A stretch of DNA of 64,000 nucleotides. Origin: an uncultured Acidobacteriaceae bacterium (GTDB lineage Bacteria > Acidobacteriota > Terriglobia > Terriglobales > Acidobacteriaceae). The notes below the pieces were generated by a model. It worked only from the letters and a program-made list of their open reading frames with translations, did not search any database and was not told the DNA's origin. Position 1 is the stretch's first letter. Every line of letters begins with the position of its first letter. Below are positions 28,905 to 39,493 of this stretch, piece by piece. Made by a program: the position numbers and the translations under genes. Where the stretch lies: assembly GCA_963756485.1 (NCBI GenBank), contig CAVWNL010000011.1, positions 26,999 through 90,998 on the forward strand, given 5' to 3'.

Positions 28905-29803
28905 AAGACTTCCCCCAGCAACTTGATTCAGGTTTTGCAGCCGGCGCAGCGGACGTGGCGTTGGAGGCAGGCGAACTGCTTCGTGGCTATTTCGATCGGG
29001 GCGTCACTACGGAATACAAAGGCGATGTCGACCTGGTGACTGAAGCCGATCGGGCGTCAGAAAAACTCATCGTCAGCCGGCTTACGCAAAAATTCCCCGA
29101 GCATGGCATTTTCGGCGAAGAAGGCACTCGGTCCGGTCTGGAGCGGCCCTACCGCTGGTACGTTGACCCGCTCGATGGCACGACGAATTTTTCCCACGGC
29201 TTTCCATTCTTCAATGTATCGCTGGGCCTCGAGCATCGGCCGCCAGGATTGGCAAAGGATCAGGATGGAGAAATCGTGGCGGGCGTCGTGTACGACCCGG
29301 TGCACGATGAACTCTTCGTCGCGGAAAAGGGCCGGGGCGCCTGGTTGTTGAATTCTGCAGGGCCTGCGCGGCGGCTGCATGTCTCGCGGGTGAAATACCT
29401 GCAGGAGAGTTTGCTTTCCACCGGATTTCCCAGCCACAAGCGCCACACCAACCCGAATATTCACTTCTATCAGCAGCTGACGCTGCGCTCCCACGGCGTC
29501 CGCCGGGCGGGCGCGGCGGCGCTGGACCTGGCGTACGTTGCGGCCGGCCGGGTCGATGCATTTTGGGAATTCAATCTAAATCCCTGGGACACAGCAGCGG
29601 GCGCCTTGCTGGTCATGGAGGCAGGAGGGGCGATGCTGCGCTTCGACCGTAGTCCCTTTCGCCTCGATAGCGAAGAGGTCATGGCCACCAATGGGCTGCT
29701 CACCGGCGAGATTCTCACCTTCTTTGAGGACATGTTTGCCGGCCGGGGAATTGAGCCGGTGCCTACGCCTGCCGAGTTCGCCGCAAGACGTCTTGCCCGC
29801 TGA
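28901..29803 (+). CDS. suhB: Inositol monophosphatase family protein
   Basis: ..VTEADRASEKLIV..GEEG..WYVDPLDGTTNFSHG..WDTAAGALLVMEAGG... The TTG start overlaps the upstream stop (TTGA). Confidence 0.85.
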   Translation: MKDFPQQLDSGFAAGAADVALEAGELLRGYFDRGVTTEYKGDVDLVTEADRASEKLIVSRLTQKFPEHGIFGEEGTRSGLERPYRWYVDPLDGTTNFSHGFPFFNVSLGLEHRPPGLAKDQDGEIVAGVVYDPVHDELFVAEKGRGAWLLNSAGPARRLHVSRVKYLQESLLSTGFPSHKRHTNPNIHFYQQLTLRSHGVRRAGAAALDLAYVAAGRVDAFWEFNLNPWDTAAGALLVMEAGGAMLRFDRSPFRLDSEEVMATNGLLTGEILTFFEDMFAGRGIEPVPTPAEFAARRLAR

Positions 29804-29869
29804 CTTCGCAGTCTCGCTTCCTGCTGTACAATTTGTTTTCAATTATTCGTCTACGGGAGATCGGTACTT

Positions 29870-30130
29870 ATGACATACGTGATCGCAGAACCCTGCATCG
29901 GAACCAAAGACACAGCTTGCGTCGACGCCTGCCCGGTAGACTGCATTCATCCCAAAAAGGATGAAGCGGGGTATGCTGCGGCAGAGCAGCTCTTCATCGA
30001 TCCGGTGGAGTGCATCGACTGCGGCGCTTGTGTTCCGGTTTGCCCCGTGTCGGCAATTTTCGCCGGAGACGACCTGCCCGACAAGTGGTCCAGTTTTGCT
30101 GATAAGAACTCCGCTCACTTCGGCCGCTAG
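29870..30130 (+). CDS. Ferredoxin (7Fe/2x[4Fe-4S]-type)
   Basis: MTYVIAEPCIGTKDTACVDACPVDCIHP...CIDCGACVPVCPVSAI, with a GGGAGA RBS. Confidence 0.85.
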   Translation: MTYVIAEPCIGTKDTACVDACPVDCIHPKKDEAGYAAAEQLFIDPVECIDCGACVPVCPVSAIFAGDDLPDKWSSFADKNSAHFGR

Positions 30131-30160
30131 GCCGAAGGACGCGGTAGTGTCCCGGCGTCC

Positions 30161-30922
30161 ATGATCGTCCGCCAGGTGGAAGCGGTGGTGCTGCGTACCT
30201 GGCCGGTGCATGAAGCCGACCAGATCGTCTCGCTCTTCACCCGCGATTTCGGAAAGATCAAAGGTGTGGCTAAGTCAGCGGCCAGATCCCGCCGCCGTTT
30301 TGGTGGCGCGCTGGAGCCGATGACCCACGTCCGCGCCCACTATGCCGAGAAGCCGAGCCAGGAATTGGTTCGCCTGGACTCTTTCGAAGTCCTTCACTCA
30401 CCGTTAGCGCAGCCGGTTGACTATGCGCGGGCAACCGCCCTGGCTTTCTTCGCCGAGGTGCTGGAGCAGACGCTTCCGGACCACGATCCGCATGACACAG
30501 TCTTCCGCCTGTTGCTTTCGGTGCTGGAGCAAACTCGCGTCGATCACATCTGGATGCCGATCACCTACTTCGCCCTGTGGACCACGCGCCTGATGGGCTG
30601 GCTTCCGGATTTGGGCCGGTGTTTGCTGTGCGGCACTTCGCTGGCCGGCCAGCCCGCTTATTTCCATTCTTTTTCGGATGGTCTGGTCTGCCATGAACAC
30701 AGGCAGGCAGGGCAAAACGGTTCTCACGGGGTTACGCTGACCCCGGATTCGCAGATCCTGGCGGTTCGCATCTTTCGCTCACCGGCATCCGCGCTGGCAG
30801 CGGAAGCCTGGCCCCGCACCCGTGGCGCCGACCTTCGCCGGTTCGCCATTCAAAGCCTGGAACGTCACCTGGAGCGAAAGCTGATCACCGCCGCCGCGCT
30901 CTCGCGGTTAGGTGGCTCGTAG
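30161..30922 (+). CDS. recO: DNA repair protein RecO
   Basis: ..VEAVVLRTWPVHEADQIVSLFTRDFGKIKGVAKSAARSRRRFGGALEP.. plus a Cys-containing zinc region C..CG...C.EH. Confidence 0.85.
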   Translation: MIVRQVEAVVLRTWPVHEADQIVSLFTRDFGKIKGVAKSAARSRRRFGGALEPMTHVRAHYAEKPSQELVRLDSFEVLHSPLAQPVDYARATALAFFAEVLEQTLPDHDPHDTVFRLLLSVLEQTRVDHIWMPITYFALWTTRLMGWLPDLGRCLLCGTSLAGQPAYFHSFSDGLVCHEHRQAGQNGSHGVTLTPDSQILAVRIFRSPASALAAEAWPRTRGADLRRFAIQSLERHLERKLITAAALSRLGGS

Positions 30923-31013
30923 AACTCAGGACCGGATTTTCAGTCGGAGGGCACCCGTCCAATTCCCTCTGGCCCTGGCTACAAAACTAACTCTCAGGAA
31001 AGCCCCGTGTCCT

Positions 31014-31766
31014 TTACTGGTTATTGAGCAGCGAGCCAACGATCCCACCGACCACTCCGCCTTCGGTCCGCTCTCTCGTTGCGGAAGGCATGTAGTGCAT
31101 CAGCTGATGCGCGAGCTTCGCGATGGGCAGTGTCTGCAGCCAGACACGTCCTGGACCCGTCAGCGCGGCGAGAAAAATCCCGTCTCCGCCAAAGATCATG
31201 TTCTTGATCCCCGGAACGCGGGTGATCTGAAAGGAGACGCTCGACTGGAACGCTCCCACATGCCCAGGATGGACACGCAATGTCTCTCCCGCTGCCAGAT
31301 CCTTGACGATCAACTCGCCCGACAACTCAATCCAGCAGGCGCCCACACCGGTCACTTTTTGCAGCAAAAAGCCATCGCCGCCGAAGACTCCGGCGCCCAG
31401 GGATTGCTGAAAACCGACGCCCAACTGAACCTGCGAAGTGGCGCAGAGAAAACCGTGGCGATGGATCAGGTACTCCATGCCCGGACCTACCTGCACCGGC
31501 TGAATGTGGCCCGGAACCCGGGTAGCGAAGGCAATCTCACCACGAGCGCCCATGGCGCGGTATTCGGTCATGAACAGGCTTCCTCCGCCTGCCACTCTCT
31601 TCAATGCGCCGAGGAATCCGCCGCCTCCGCCGAATTGGGTGTGGGTCTGCATCTGGATGGAACTACTCATCCACGAAAGCTCACCGGCCTCGGAGATCAC
31701 CGACTCGTTGGGCTCCAGGACGAACTCGAGAACCGGCAGGGTAGTGCCGACGACACGGCTTTGCAT
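31014..31766 (-). CDS. AIM24/TIGR00266-family protein (DUF124)
   Basis: ..LEFVLEPNESVISEAGELSWMS..GGGGFLGALKRVAGGGSLFMTEY..GGDGFLLQKVTG.G..W.. Confidence 0.75.
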   Translation of the reverse strand: MQSRVVGTTLPVLEFVLEPNESVISEAGELSWMSSSIQMQTHTQFGGGGGFLGALKRVAGGGSLFMTEYRAMGARGEIAFATRVPGHIQPVQVGPGMEYLIHRHGFLCATSQVQLGVGFQQSLGAGVFGGDGFLLQKVTGVGACWIELSGELIVKDLAAGETLRVHPGHVGAFQSSVSFQITRVPGIKNMIFGGDGIFLAALTGPGRVWLQTLPIAKLAHQLMHYMPSATRERTEGGVVGGIVGSLLNNQ

Positions 31767-31943
31767 GGTGGACTCCTCCTTGAATCGATGGGCAAACCAG
31801 TTTATAGCGGTTCGCGATTACGTGGCTCAATTTAAGTGAGCGAGGAGTGGTTTTCGTTACGAGAAAACCACGATAAGACCGCACCCTTAGGCCAATGGGT
31901 CTCAGCGAAATCGCTAAGCGAACGATTGATTTAGAATCCAACC

Positions 31944-32879
31944 GTGGCATCGCAAGTAACCGTCCCCCTAACCTTTCAGGAACTCCTCTTCCGACTGCAA
32001 ACCTTCTGGGCCGATCGCGGCTGCGTATTGCAGCAGCCGTATGACGTCGAAGTCGGCGCCGGAACCATGTCGCCGGAGACCTTTCTGCGTGTTCTGGACC
32101 CGAAACCATTCTCCGTAGCCTATGCGCAGCCCTCCCGCCGCCCCGCGGACGGACGATACGGCGAGAACCCGAACCGGCTCTTCAAGCACACCCAGTTTCA
32201 GGTGGTGCTGAAGCCGCCGCCGGTCAATGTGCAGGAAATCTACCTGGAATCCCTGGCTGCGATCGGAATCGACCTGCGCCAGCACGACTTGAAGTTCGAA
32301 GAGGACAACTGGGAAGCGCCTACCCTGGGAGCCTGGGGCATCGGCTGGCAGATCATGCTGGATGGCCAGGAAATCACCCAGTTCACCTACTTCCAGCAAT
32401 GCGGCGGCCTGGATCTCGATCCCATCTCGGCGGAAATCACCTACGGGTTGGAACGCATCGCCTCGTTTCTGCAGGATGTCGACTCTGTCTACGACGTGGT
32501 TTGGGCACGGACGCCGAATCCAGTCACCTACGGCGATGTCCGGCATCTCGAGGAGGTGCAGTTTTCGGTCTACTCCTTTGAGGAGGCCGACGTGGAGAAG
32601 CTCTGGGAGCATCTGCGCCTGTACGAAGCGGAATGCCAGGACCTGCTCAGGCGCAACGCACAACTGCCGGACGACCTTGGCGCGACCGAGCGGCGGCGCT
32701 TTCCGGTTCTCTCGGCCTACGATCTCTGCCTCAAGTGCTCGCATCTTTTCAATCTGCTGGACGCCCGGGGAGCCATCTCCGTGACCGAGCGCGTCGGCAT
32801 CATCGCTCGCATTCGCGTCCTCGCTGTTGGCGTTGCCAAGGCTTACGCACGAATGCTGGCGCAGGAGTCGCATGGCTGA
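31944..32879 (+). CDS. glyQ: Glycine--tRNA ligase alpha subunit
   Basis: [74 protein letters not shown] start. Confidence 0.95.
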   Translation: MASQVTVPLTFQELLFRLQTFWADRGCVLQQPYDVEVGAGTMSPETFLRVLDPKPFSVAYAQPSRRPADGRYGENPNRLFKHTQFQVVLKPPPVNVQEIYLESLAAIGIDLRQHDLKFEEDNWEAPTLGAWGIGWQIMLDGQEITQFTYFQQCGGLDLDPISAEITYGLERIASFLQDVDSVYDVVWARTPNPVTYGDVRHLEEVQFSVYSFEEADVEKLWEHLRLYEAECQDLLRRNAQLPDDLGATERRRFPVLSAYDLCLKCSHLFNLLDARGAISVTERVGIIARIRVLAVGVAKAYARMLAQESHG

Positions 32880-34956
32880 GCTGTTACTCGAAGTAGGCCT
32901 GGAAGAAATTCCTGCACGCATGATCGCGGACGCGCAGGCGGAGCTGGCACGGCGGATGGAAGCGTTGTTGTCCCGGCAGCGTTTGCTCGAGTCCACGACC
33001 GCGATTGCCAGTTACTCCACCCCTCGACGCCTGGCCGTGCGTGTCCAGGGCGTGCTTGCCCAGCAGCTGGATCTCGAAGAAGAGTTGACCGGCCCATCCT
33101 GGAAAGCAGCCTTTCCCGACGGACAACCGGGACCGGCGGCCCAGGCTTTCGCGAAAAAAGCCGGAGTTCCGGTTACCGCGCTTAAGAAAATCACCACTCC
33201 CAAAGGCGAGTACGCTTCGGCAACTGTGCAACGGCCGGGGCAACGCGCGGAGAAGGTGCTGAGCGAGGACCTCGGCAAGGAGATAGGAGCGCTTTCCTGG
33301 CCCAAGACCATGTACTGGCGGCCCAATAAGCCGGAGCGCTTCGTGCGTCCTCTGCGCTGGCTGCTTTGTTTGCTGGATGAGAACGTGGTTCCGTTGGAGT
33401 TCGCGGGAATCCGTGCCGGCAATGTGAGTTATGGCCATCGGGTCCTGCACGGAGACCGGCCGTTCACCATTGATCGGCCCGCAGATTACCTCGCAACCCT
33501 GGAGACAGCGTTTGTGGTGGCTGATGTGGGCGTGCGCCGCGAACGTATCCGTAAGGCCCTCGATGCCGCGACCCGTACTTTCCCTGAGGCTCGCTGGCGT
33601 GAAGACGAGGCCCTGGTTGAGCAGGTCACCCACCTTACGGAGTGGCCGGCCGTGGTAGCGGGTAATTTCCAGCCCGAATTCCTGGCGTTGCCGGAAGAGG
33701 TCCTGGTGACCGTGATGCGAGATCACCAGAAGTATTTTGCCGTCGTAGACAAACAACACGCGCTGGCCCCTCACTTCCTGGCTGTGCTGAATACGGAAGT
33801 CGATTCTCAAGGCATGGCAATCATTCGTCACGGCAATGAACGCGTCCTGCGCGCCCGCTTTAATGATGCCCGCTTCTTCTGGAACTACGACCAGAAGCTG
33901 CCTCTGGAGCAACGGCTGGAGAAACTCAAGACAGTTACGTTCCAGAGGGATCTTGGCAGCTACTTCAGCAAGACCGAAAGCAATCTGCTGATGGCAAAAG
34001 CGCTGGGGGCCGCAGTGGCCGCCCAGGGGATTTCGCTTGACCATGCGGCGCTCGAACAGGCCGTGCTGCTGGCGAAGACCGACCTCACCACCGAGCTGGT
34101 GAAAGAGTTCACCGAACTGCAAGGCATCGTTGGCGGCCTATACGCGCGGGCACAGGGGCTGGGCGAACCGGTAGCCCAGGCCATTTACGCGCAATACATG
34201 CCGGCCGCGATCGAAGATCCGATTCCCGTCACCGTGGAAGGCCAGATTTTAGGTCTGGCCGACCGTCTCGCCACCATTGCGGAGATGTTTGCCATTGGCC
34301 TGGAGCCGAGTGGATCCAAAGACCCGTTCGCCCTCCGCCGCGCGGCCAACGGGATCATCAAAATCCTCGCTGAATCGGGGCTGCCCCTGACTCTCGCTGC
34401 ACTGGAGAGCATGGCGTTGAAATCTCTGCCGCGCGCCGGAGCGGTGGGCACGTTTCTTAGGGAGCGTCTCGACTTTTACCTGCGGGAAGTACGTGGTTTC
34501 GCTTACGACGCGGTGAACGCGGTGCTTTCTACCGGCCTCACCACGGTGACGGATGCCATCGCCAGGGCGCAGGCACTGACCAAGGTGCGCGGATCCGATG
34601 ATCTGTTGGCCATTTCCACCGCGTTCAAGCGCATCAAGAACATCCTTCGCCAGGCAGAAGCAAAACAGGACGCTGATTCCATCGCCGTCGAATATCTGGT
34701 CGAGCCGGCAGAACAAAGGCTGTATGCCGAGGCGGCAAGAGTCGCGCCCGAAGTCGAGGCACTGCGTGCCCGGCAGGAATACGGAAAGGCCCTGGAACGA
34801 GTGGCCACACTTCGGCCCGAGATCGACGCTTTCTTCGATCAGGTGATGGTCATGGCGCCCGAGGCCCACCTGCGCAAGAATCGCCTGGCCCTGATCGCCT
34901 CCGTGCTCAACGATTTTTCCCGCATCGCTGATTTCTCAGAGATCGTCGTCGGTTGA
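32872..34956 (+). CDS. glyS: Glycine--tRNA ligase beta subunit
   Basis: [24 protein letters not shown].. in an intact frame. It overlaps the glyQ end by 8 nt. Confidence 0.9.
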   Translation: MAELLLEVGLEEIPARMIADAQAELARRMEALLSRQRLLESTTAIASYSTPRRLAVRVQGVLAQQLDLEEELTGPSWKAAFPDGQPGPAAQAFAKKAGVPVTALKKITTPKGEYASATVQRPGQRAEKVLSEDLGKEIGALSWPKTMYWRPNKPERFVRPLRWLLCLLDENVVPLEFAGIRAGNVSYGHRVLHGDRPFTIDRPADYLATLETAFVVADVGVRRERIRKALDAATRTFPEARWREDEALVEQVTHLTEWPAVVAGNFQPEFLALPEEVLVTVMRDHQKYFAVVDKQHALAPHFLAVLNTEVDSQGMAIIRHGNERVLRARFNDARFFWNYDQKLPLEQRLEKLKTVTFQRDLGSYFSKTESNLLMAKALGAAVAAQGISLDHAALEQAVLLAKTDLTTELVKEFTELQGIVGGLYARAQGLGEPVAQAIYAQYMPAAIEDPIPVTVEGQILGLADRLATIAEMFAIGLEPSGSKDPFALRRAANGIIKILAESGLPLTLAALESMALKSLPRAGAVGTFLRERLDFYLREVRGFAYDAVNAVLSTGLTTVTDAIARAQALTKVRGSDDLLAISTAFKRIKNILRQAEAKQDADSIAVEYLVEPAEQRLYAEAARVAPEVEALRARQEYGKALERVATLRPEIDAFFDQVMVMAPEAHLRKNRLALIASVLNDFSRIADFSEIVVG

Positions 34957-35039
34957 CTTGTAGGCCGAGTCTGAAAAGACCGCCACGGCCATCAGAAGCC
35001 CAGGGGCTGATGTATGTGCGAGCGAGCCGATAGCAAAGT

Positions 35040-35244
35040 GAGTCCCGCAGGGACGGTTGACCTTAGCCCAGGACGCTAGTCCTGGGTATACCGATGCACG
35101 CGATCAAGTCCCGAAGGGACGACTGAAGGGTTGTTCAGGATTGGCTCGCGGCCGTATTTCAGTCGTCCCTGCGGGACTTTTTCATGCCCGAATTTTCAAC
35201 CCAGGACTAGCGTCCTGGGCTAAATTCAGCCGTCCCTGCGGGAC
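35040..35244. repeat. Nested inverted repeat (46-nt outer arms, 20-nt inner arms) made of the dispersed repeat units
   Basis: Outer arms: 35040-35085 versus 35199-35244, with 3 mismatches. Inner arms: 35107-35126 versus 35157-35176, with 1 mismatch. Confidence 0.85.
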
Positions 35245-35571
35245 TGGACTTCGAAATGGAATGCTCACGCAGACGCAACGCTCTGAGGTCCGCTTTCCTG
35301 TAGCCACGCGGAACACATAAGGTGCTCAGACTCCGTTTCGGGATTTCAGGTTTGATCGTTCTAACACCAAGGTGCAATTCGGGCGGCTCTATAAAACATT
35401 TACGTTAACGGAATGTTAAAGGATATATATTAATTCAACGGATCGCATGATTTAGGCACTTGAATTAGTGCAATCGGCGGTGCGGACCCCCCTTCAGTTA
35501 CCTCGTCTCAGCGGAGAACGAAGAACCTGACCATTGGCAAAGGGAGAATCCCATTCAGGAGGCAAAGACCC

Positions 35572-36243
35572 ATGACCCGCATTTCGTTCCACCAGAAACT
35601 AGACAGCCTTCGTGAACGCCTTTTGCAGATGGCGGGTGTGGCGGAGCAGACGTTACACCTTGCCTTGGACGCGCATTGCCGCGGACAACTGTCGGCCTGC
35701 GCAAACGTACGCCTGAACGAAGCGATCATCAACCGCTCGGAGCGTGAGATCGATCAGATGGCGCTCGACATTCTGGCCATGGAGCAGCCGATGGCCGTGG
35801 ACCTGCGCTTTATTCTTGCGGCCATCAAAATTAACTCCGACCTGGAGCGCGTAGGCGACCAGTCCATGACCATCGCTCTGCTGGCCGAAGAACTTGCGGG
35901 GAGCGAACCGTGCGAATTCCCAGTCGACATTCCGCGGATGGCAGAGCTCTCGATGACCATGGTCCGCAAAGCGCTGCAGGCGCTGGCCGACCGGGATGCC
36001 GAACTCGCTACCAGCGTATTGGCTATGGATGATGCGGTCGACGAAATGAACCGTAGAGCCAAGGCAGTGCTGCTCGATTGTCTAGCCAAGGATTCAAGCG
36101 CCGCCAAGTCCGCCGTGAACCTGCTCTTTATATCGCGCAGCCTGGAACGGATCGCCGATCACGCCACCAACATGGCGGAAGATGTCATTTTCTGGGTGTG
36201 CGGTGCGGACGTCCGCCACGGCAATATGATGCAAACGCAGTAA
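35572..36243 (+). CDS. phoU: Phosphate signalling complex protein PhoU
   Basis: ..FHQKLDSLRERLLQMAG.., ..EREIDQMALDILAMEQPMAVDLRFILAAIKINSDLERVGDQ.., ..ISRSLERIADHATNMAEDV... CAGGAGG RBS. Confidence 0.9.
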   Translation: MTRISFHQKLDSLRERLLQMAGVAEQTLHLALDAHCRGQLSACANVRLNEAIINRSEREIDQMALDILAMEQPMAVDLRFILAAIKINSDLERVGDQSMTIALLAEELAGSEPCEFPVDIPRMAELSMTMVRKALQALADRDAELATSVLAMDDAVDEMNRRAKAVLLDCLAKDSSAAKSAVNLLFISRSLERIADHATNMAEDVIFWVCGADVRHGNMMQTQ

Positions 36244-36247
36244 GGGT

Positions 36248-36862
36248 CTAATTCACCCGCTGCAGCCGGGCGATCAGCTTTTGCGCCAGGTTTTCACCCG
36301 AATCGGACCATAACAACCGGCTACTGATGCCGCAATTTTCCTGGATCAGGTTGGTGACTTCCACCAGTTTCTGAACATTGCGCTTGATGTACTCGGCGTC
36401 TACCTGGTCCAAGTCGACCTCTTCGAGCAGATAGGGCGTGTCCAGCCCAAAGTCCACCCGGACTTGCCCATTCTGCTCATAGGCTCCCTCATCGAACTGC
36501 GGGCCAAAGCCAACCACGCGGACGACCACCGGCTCCTGCTTCCAGCTTGGATCGAGGCCGCCCACCGCTTCTGCTACCCACAGATCCCACTTAATCTCAA
36601 ATTCGTAAGCAAAGTCATCGTGCAGAATCTCTGTGGCCTCGGCAACAGCTCGGTCCAGGCCCGATTCCTGGACCTCGTCCTCTTCATAAATCCTCTGGTA
36701 GAAGGGCGCCTCGTTCCAGGAGATGGGATACGCCGCGGCAGCATGCACGCGCGGTGGGTGGCCCGCCCCCCCGAATTGCTTCAGCACCGAGACGATCGCC
36801 GGAGCCAGGGCCGCCAGCCGAAAATTGGGAAACCACAGACTTAGATACAACCGATCAGCCAT
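36248..36862 (-). CDS. Acidic cytoplasmic protein of unknown function
   Basis: Intact 204-aa ORF with protein-like composition and no motif I recognise (MADRLYLSLWFPNFRLAAL..FEIKWDLWV..). Confidence 0.55.
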   Translation of the reverse strand: MADRLYLSLWFPNFRLAALAPAIVSVLKQFGGAGHPPRVHAAAAYPISWNEAPFYQRIYEEDEVQESGLDRAVAEATEILHDDFAYEFEIKWDLWVAEAVGGLDPSWKQEPVVVRVVGFGPQFDEGAYEQNGQVRVDFGLDTPYLLEEVDLDQVDAEYIKRNVQKLVEVTNLIQENCGISSRLLWSDSGENLAQKLIARLQRVN

Positions 36863-37042
36863 CTCTTCATCTTAAAGCTTTCTTCCCGGACGCCGCGCGT
36901 CCCATAGCTGGAGTGAGAAGATGAAGGGTATGGGCCTGGCGGATTTTTTGAGGAACCTGGTGGCCTCGCAAACTCCTCGCGGTTTTCCCAGCAGAAAGGC
37001 GCAGATCCGGCTTCGCCCGGTGCTGCGCGACAGGCTATCCGC

Positions 37043-39493
37043 GTGACCCCGGCTCGCTTGCGCGCCTGGATCTTGATACTTGGCGTGACCCTGGTCGCTG
37101 CGATCCTGGCTTTTTTTGCCTATGGACGATGGCAGGGCCGGCGCCTGGGCCATGACTTGCCGTATGGATTGGGGAGCGCAATCCAGCAATCGACAGAAGG
37201 GTTTACCCATTCGGAGTCGCGGGGCGGCCACACCATCTACACCCTGCACGCGTCCAAAGCGGTGCAGTTCAAAAGTGACGGCCATGCTGAGCTGCACGAT
37301 GTGAGCATCACCCTGTACAGCGCCCAGGGCGCCCCCGCGAATCGCATCTACGGCAAAACCTTCGATTGGGACCAGGTGCACGGTATTGCCCGCGCCATGG
37401 GCGATGTCCAGATCGATTTTCAGGGAGCCGCGACCTCCGGCTCTCAAGAGGGGAAAGCGCCGGCCGAGGAGGAGGAAAGCAGGAATACCGTCCACGTCAA
37501 GACCTCAGGGCTGGTGTTCAACAAGCAAACCGGCCTCGCCAGCACCACGGAAAAAATCGAGTTCCGGCTGGCCGAAGCGGCCGGCAGCGCGACTGGCGCC
37601 AGCTTTGACTCACAAACAGGCGTTGTCATCCTCACCGCCGACGTGGCATTTAATTCGAGTGTCAACGGAAACCCGCTTACCGTCCGCGCTCGCCATGCGC
37701 AATTTGATCGCGCCAGCCGCATGCTCTTTCTGCTTCAGGACGTTGCCGACTATAGCGACACGCACAGCTCATCCGATCAAGCAACGGTTTCCTTCCGCGC
37801 CGATGGATCGGCCTACCAAGCCATGGCGCAGGGGCATGTGGTCCTGACCGGTAGCGATGGGCAGCAGATCAATACCCGGACCGCGCATATCGATCTCGGC
37901 GCCAAGAGCGTGCCGGAGCAGGCGGTGATGGATGGCGGCCTGCTCTACGTGGCTAACAATGCGGACCGCCTGTTGCATGGTTCGGCTTCATCCGGGACGT
38001 TACTATTCGGGCCCCAAACGACGGTTCGCCACGCCCAGCTGCGCGATGCGGTTTCGGTGGTGGACGAAGAGAAGTTTCCCCAGGGGAATGCCGGGAAGAG
38101 CAAGCAGAATTCGCCACAGTCGGCCACCCGCCAGGTGCAGGCTTCGCAAGTTGATATCGACTTTAAAACCGGGCCGGACCACACCCCGCAAGCCGACCAC
38201 ATACTCGCCGCTGGTGGAGCGCGGGTGAACGTGCACTCGATCTATACCCGGACGCCTCCCGAAGACACGACGATACAAGGCGATCAGCTGTTCGCAACCT
38301 TGGTTGACGGAGAGACTCTTTCTTCCCTGCGCGGGACTGGTCATACCAGCCTGGTCACCGTAAGCCCCAGTGGAGTGACGCAAAGCAGCAAAGGCGACAA
38401 CCTGCTGCTTACCTTCGCCTCCGCTCAGCCGGCCGCGAAGCCAGGAGGGAAGTCGAGCAAAGCAAAGCCCGATACGCCAACCCCGCAACCAGCGGCGCAG
38501 CTGCAGACGGCGGTGCAGTTGGGAAACGTGACTTTGGTGCAACAGGGCGCCGCAAACCCTGCCGGGCAAACGCCGCCAGCAACCACCGTCACCGCGCAAC
38601 GAGCAGCCTACGACGCAGCGACGCAGCTGGTTGAGCTGTCGGGGAGCCCGCGCATACAGCAAACCAGTGGGGACCTGAGCGCGAACCTGGTTGACGTTTC
38701 ACGGACCAGCGGAAACGCGGACGCGACGGGCAGCGTAAAGGCCACTTACCGCCAGACGAACGGACAGCAGAACATGGTTTTTACGGGGTCTGGGCCGGTG
38801 CATGTGGTCGCCGACCACGCTCATCTTGACCACGCCACGGATCTGACAACTTTCTACGGAAAGACTGGCGAGCCGGCTCGCCTGTGGCAGGCTAGCGATT
38901 CCGTAGCCGCGCCCGTGCTGGAACTTTCCCGGCTGCACGCAACCCTTTCCGCCCATGGTCCGGGTGGGGAGGCAGCCGCGGTCAACGCCGTATTTACCGG
39001 CTCGCCGAATAACACACAGGGAACTCCAGCGGCCAAGACGGCGGCCCCACGAACGCCCTCCGTTGTCCGTTTGCAAAGCCGCACCCTGTTCTACGCCGAG
39101 AGCGATCACAAAGCAGTTTTCAGCGGTGCGGTGGTTGCACAGACGTCGAGCGGGCTGCTGCATGCTAATTTCATGGATGTTTATTTCGCTCCTGCCGCGG
39201 GGGCCCAGCCGCCGGGCAAGCCTTCCACAAGCAACCAGGTTTCCAGGATCGTGGCTCGCGGCGCGGTAGAACTGCAGCAGCCGGGCCGCAAAGGTACAGG
39301 CGAAGAGCTGACCTACACCGGGGCCGACGGCAAGTTCGTGCTGACAGGAAACAACGCCACGCCTCCTCGCCTGACCGATCAGACGCACGGAACAGTAACT
39401 GGCAACGCGTTGATTTTCAATGATCGCGATGATAGCGTCGTGGTGAGTGGGGGTGCTTCCAAGGCAGTGACCCAGACCAGGGTAGCGAAATGA
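37043..39493 (+). CDS. Large anchored LptC/LptA(OstA)-like periplasmic protein
   Basis: An N-terminal TM helix (WILILGVTLVAAILAFFAY) is followed by repeated OstA/LptC-like beta-jellyroll strings (..HTIYTLHASKAVQFKSDGHAELHDVSITLY.., ..ARAMGDVQIDF.., ..LTVRARHAQFDRASRMLFLLQDV.., ..GEELTYTGADGKFVLTGN..VTGNALIFNDRDDSVVVSG). The gene lies immediately upstream of lptB. Confidence 0.65.
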   Translation: MTPARLRAWILILGVTLVAAILAFFAYGRWQGRRLGHDLPYGLGSAIQQSTEGFTHSESRGGHTIYTLHASKAVQFKSDGHAELHDVSITLYSAQGAPANRIYGKTFDWDQVHGIARAMGDVQIDFQGAATSGSQEGKAPAEEEESRNTVHVKTSGLVFNKQTGLASTTEKIEFRLAEAAGSATGASFDSQTGVVILTADVAFNSSVNGNPLTVRARHAQFDRASRMLFLLQDVADYSDTHSSSDQATVSFRADGSAYQAMAQGHVVLTGSDGQQINTRTAHIDLGAKSVPEQAVMDGGLLYVANNADRLLHGSASSGTLLFGPQTTVRHAQLRDAVSVVDEEKFPQGNAGKSKQNSPQSATRQVQASQVDIDFKTGPDHTPQADHILAAGGARVNVHSIYTRTPPEDTTIQGDQLFATLVDGETLSSLRGTGHTSLVTVSPSGVTQSSKGDNLLLTFASAQPAAKPGGKSSKAKPDTPTPQPAAQLQTAVQLGNVTLVQQGAANPAGQTPPATTVTAQRAAYDAATQLVELSGSPRIQQTSGDLSANLVDVSRTSGNADATGSVKATYRQTNGQQNMVFTGSGPVHVVADHAHLDHATDLTTFYGKTGEPARLWQASDSVAAPVLELSRLHATLSAHGPGGEAAAVNAVFTGSPNNTQGTPAAKTAAPRTPSVVRLQSRTLFYAESDHKAVFSGAVVAQTSSGLLHANFMDVYFAPAAGAQPPGKPSTSNQVSRIVARGAVELQQPGRKGTGEELTYTGADGKFVLTGNNATPPRLTDQTHGTVTGNALIFNDRDDSVVVSGGASKAVTQTRVAK

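Noticed and set aside
30912-31835. 307-aa plus-strand ORF overlapping the AIM24-family gene
   Set aside because: The minus-strand frame carries the recognisable AIM24/TIGR00266 pattern, whereas the plus-strand product has none. It starts inside the recO stop region with no RBS.
31968-34122. 342-aa and 412-aa ORFs antisense to glyQ and glyS
   Set aside because: Same reasoning: glyQS identity is unambiguous on the plus strand, and the antisense translations are low-complexity and Arg/Gly-rich.
35454-35472. Sigma-54-like string aggcacttgaattagtgca upstream of phoU
   Set aside because: The GG-to-GC spacing is three nucleotides too long and the -12 element is not TTGC. It is better described as a GCACT-N6-AGTGC inverted repeat of unknown meaning.
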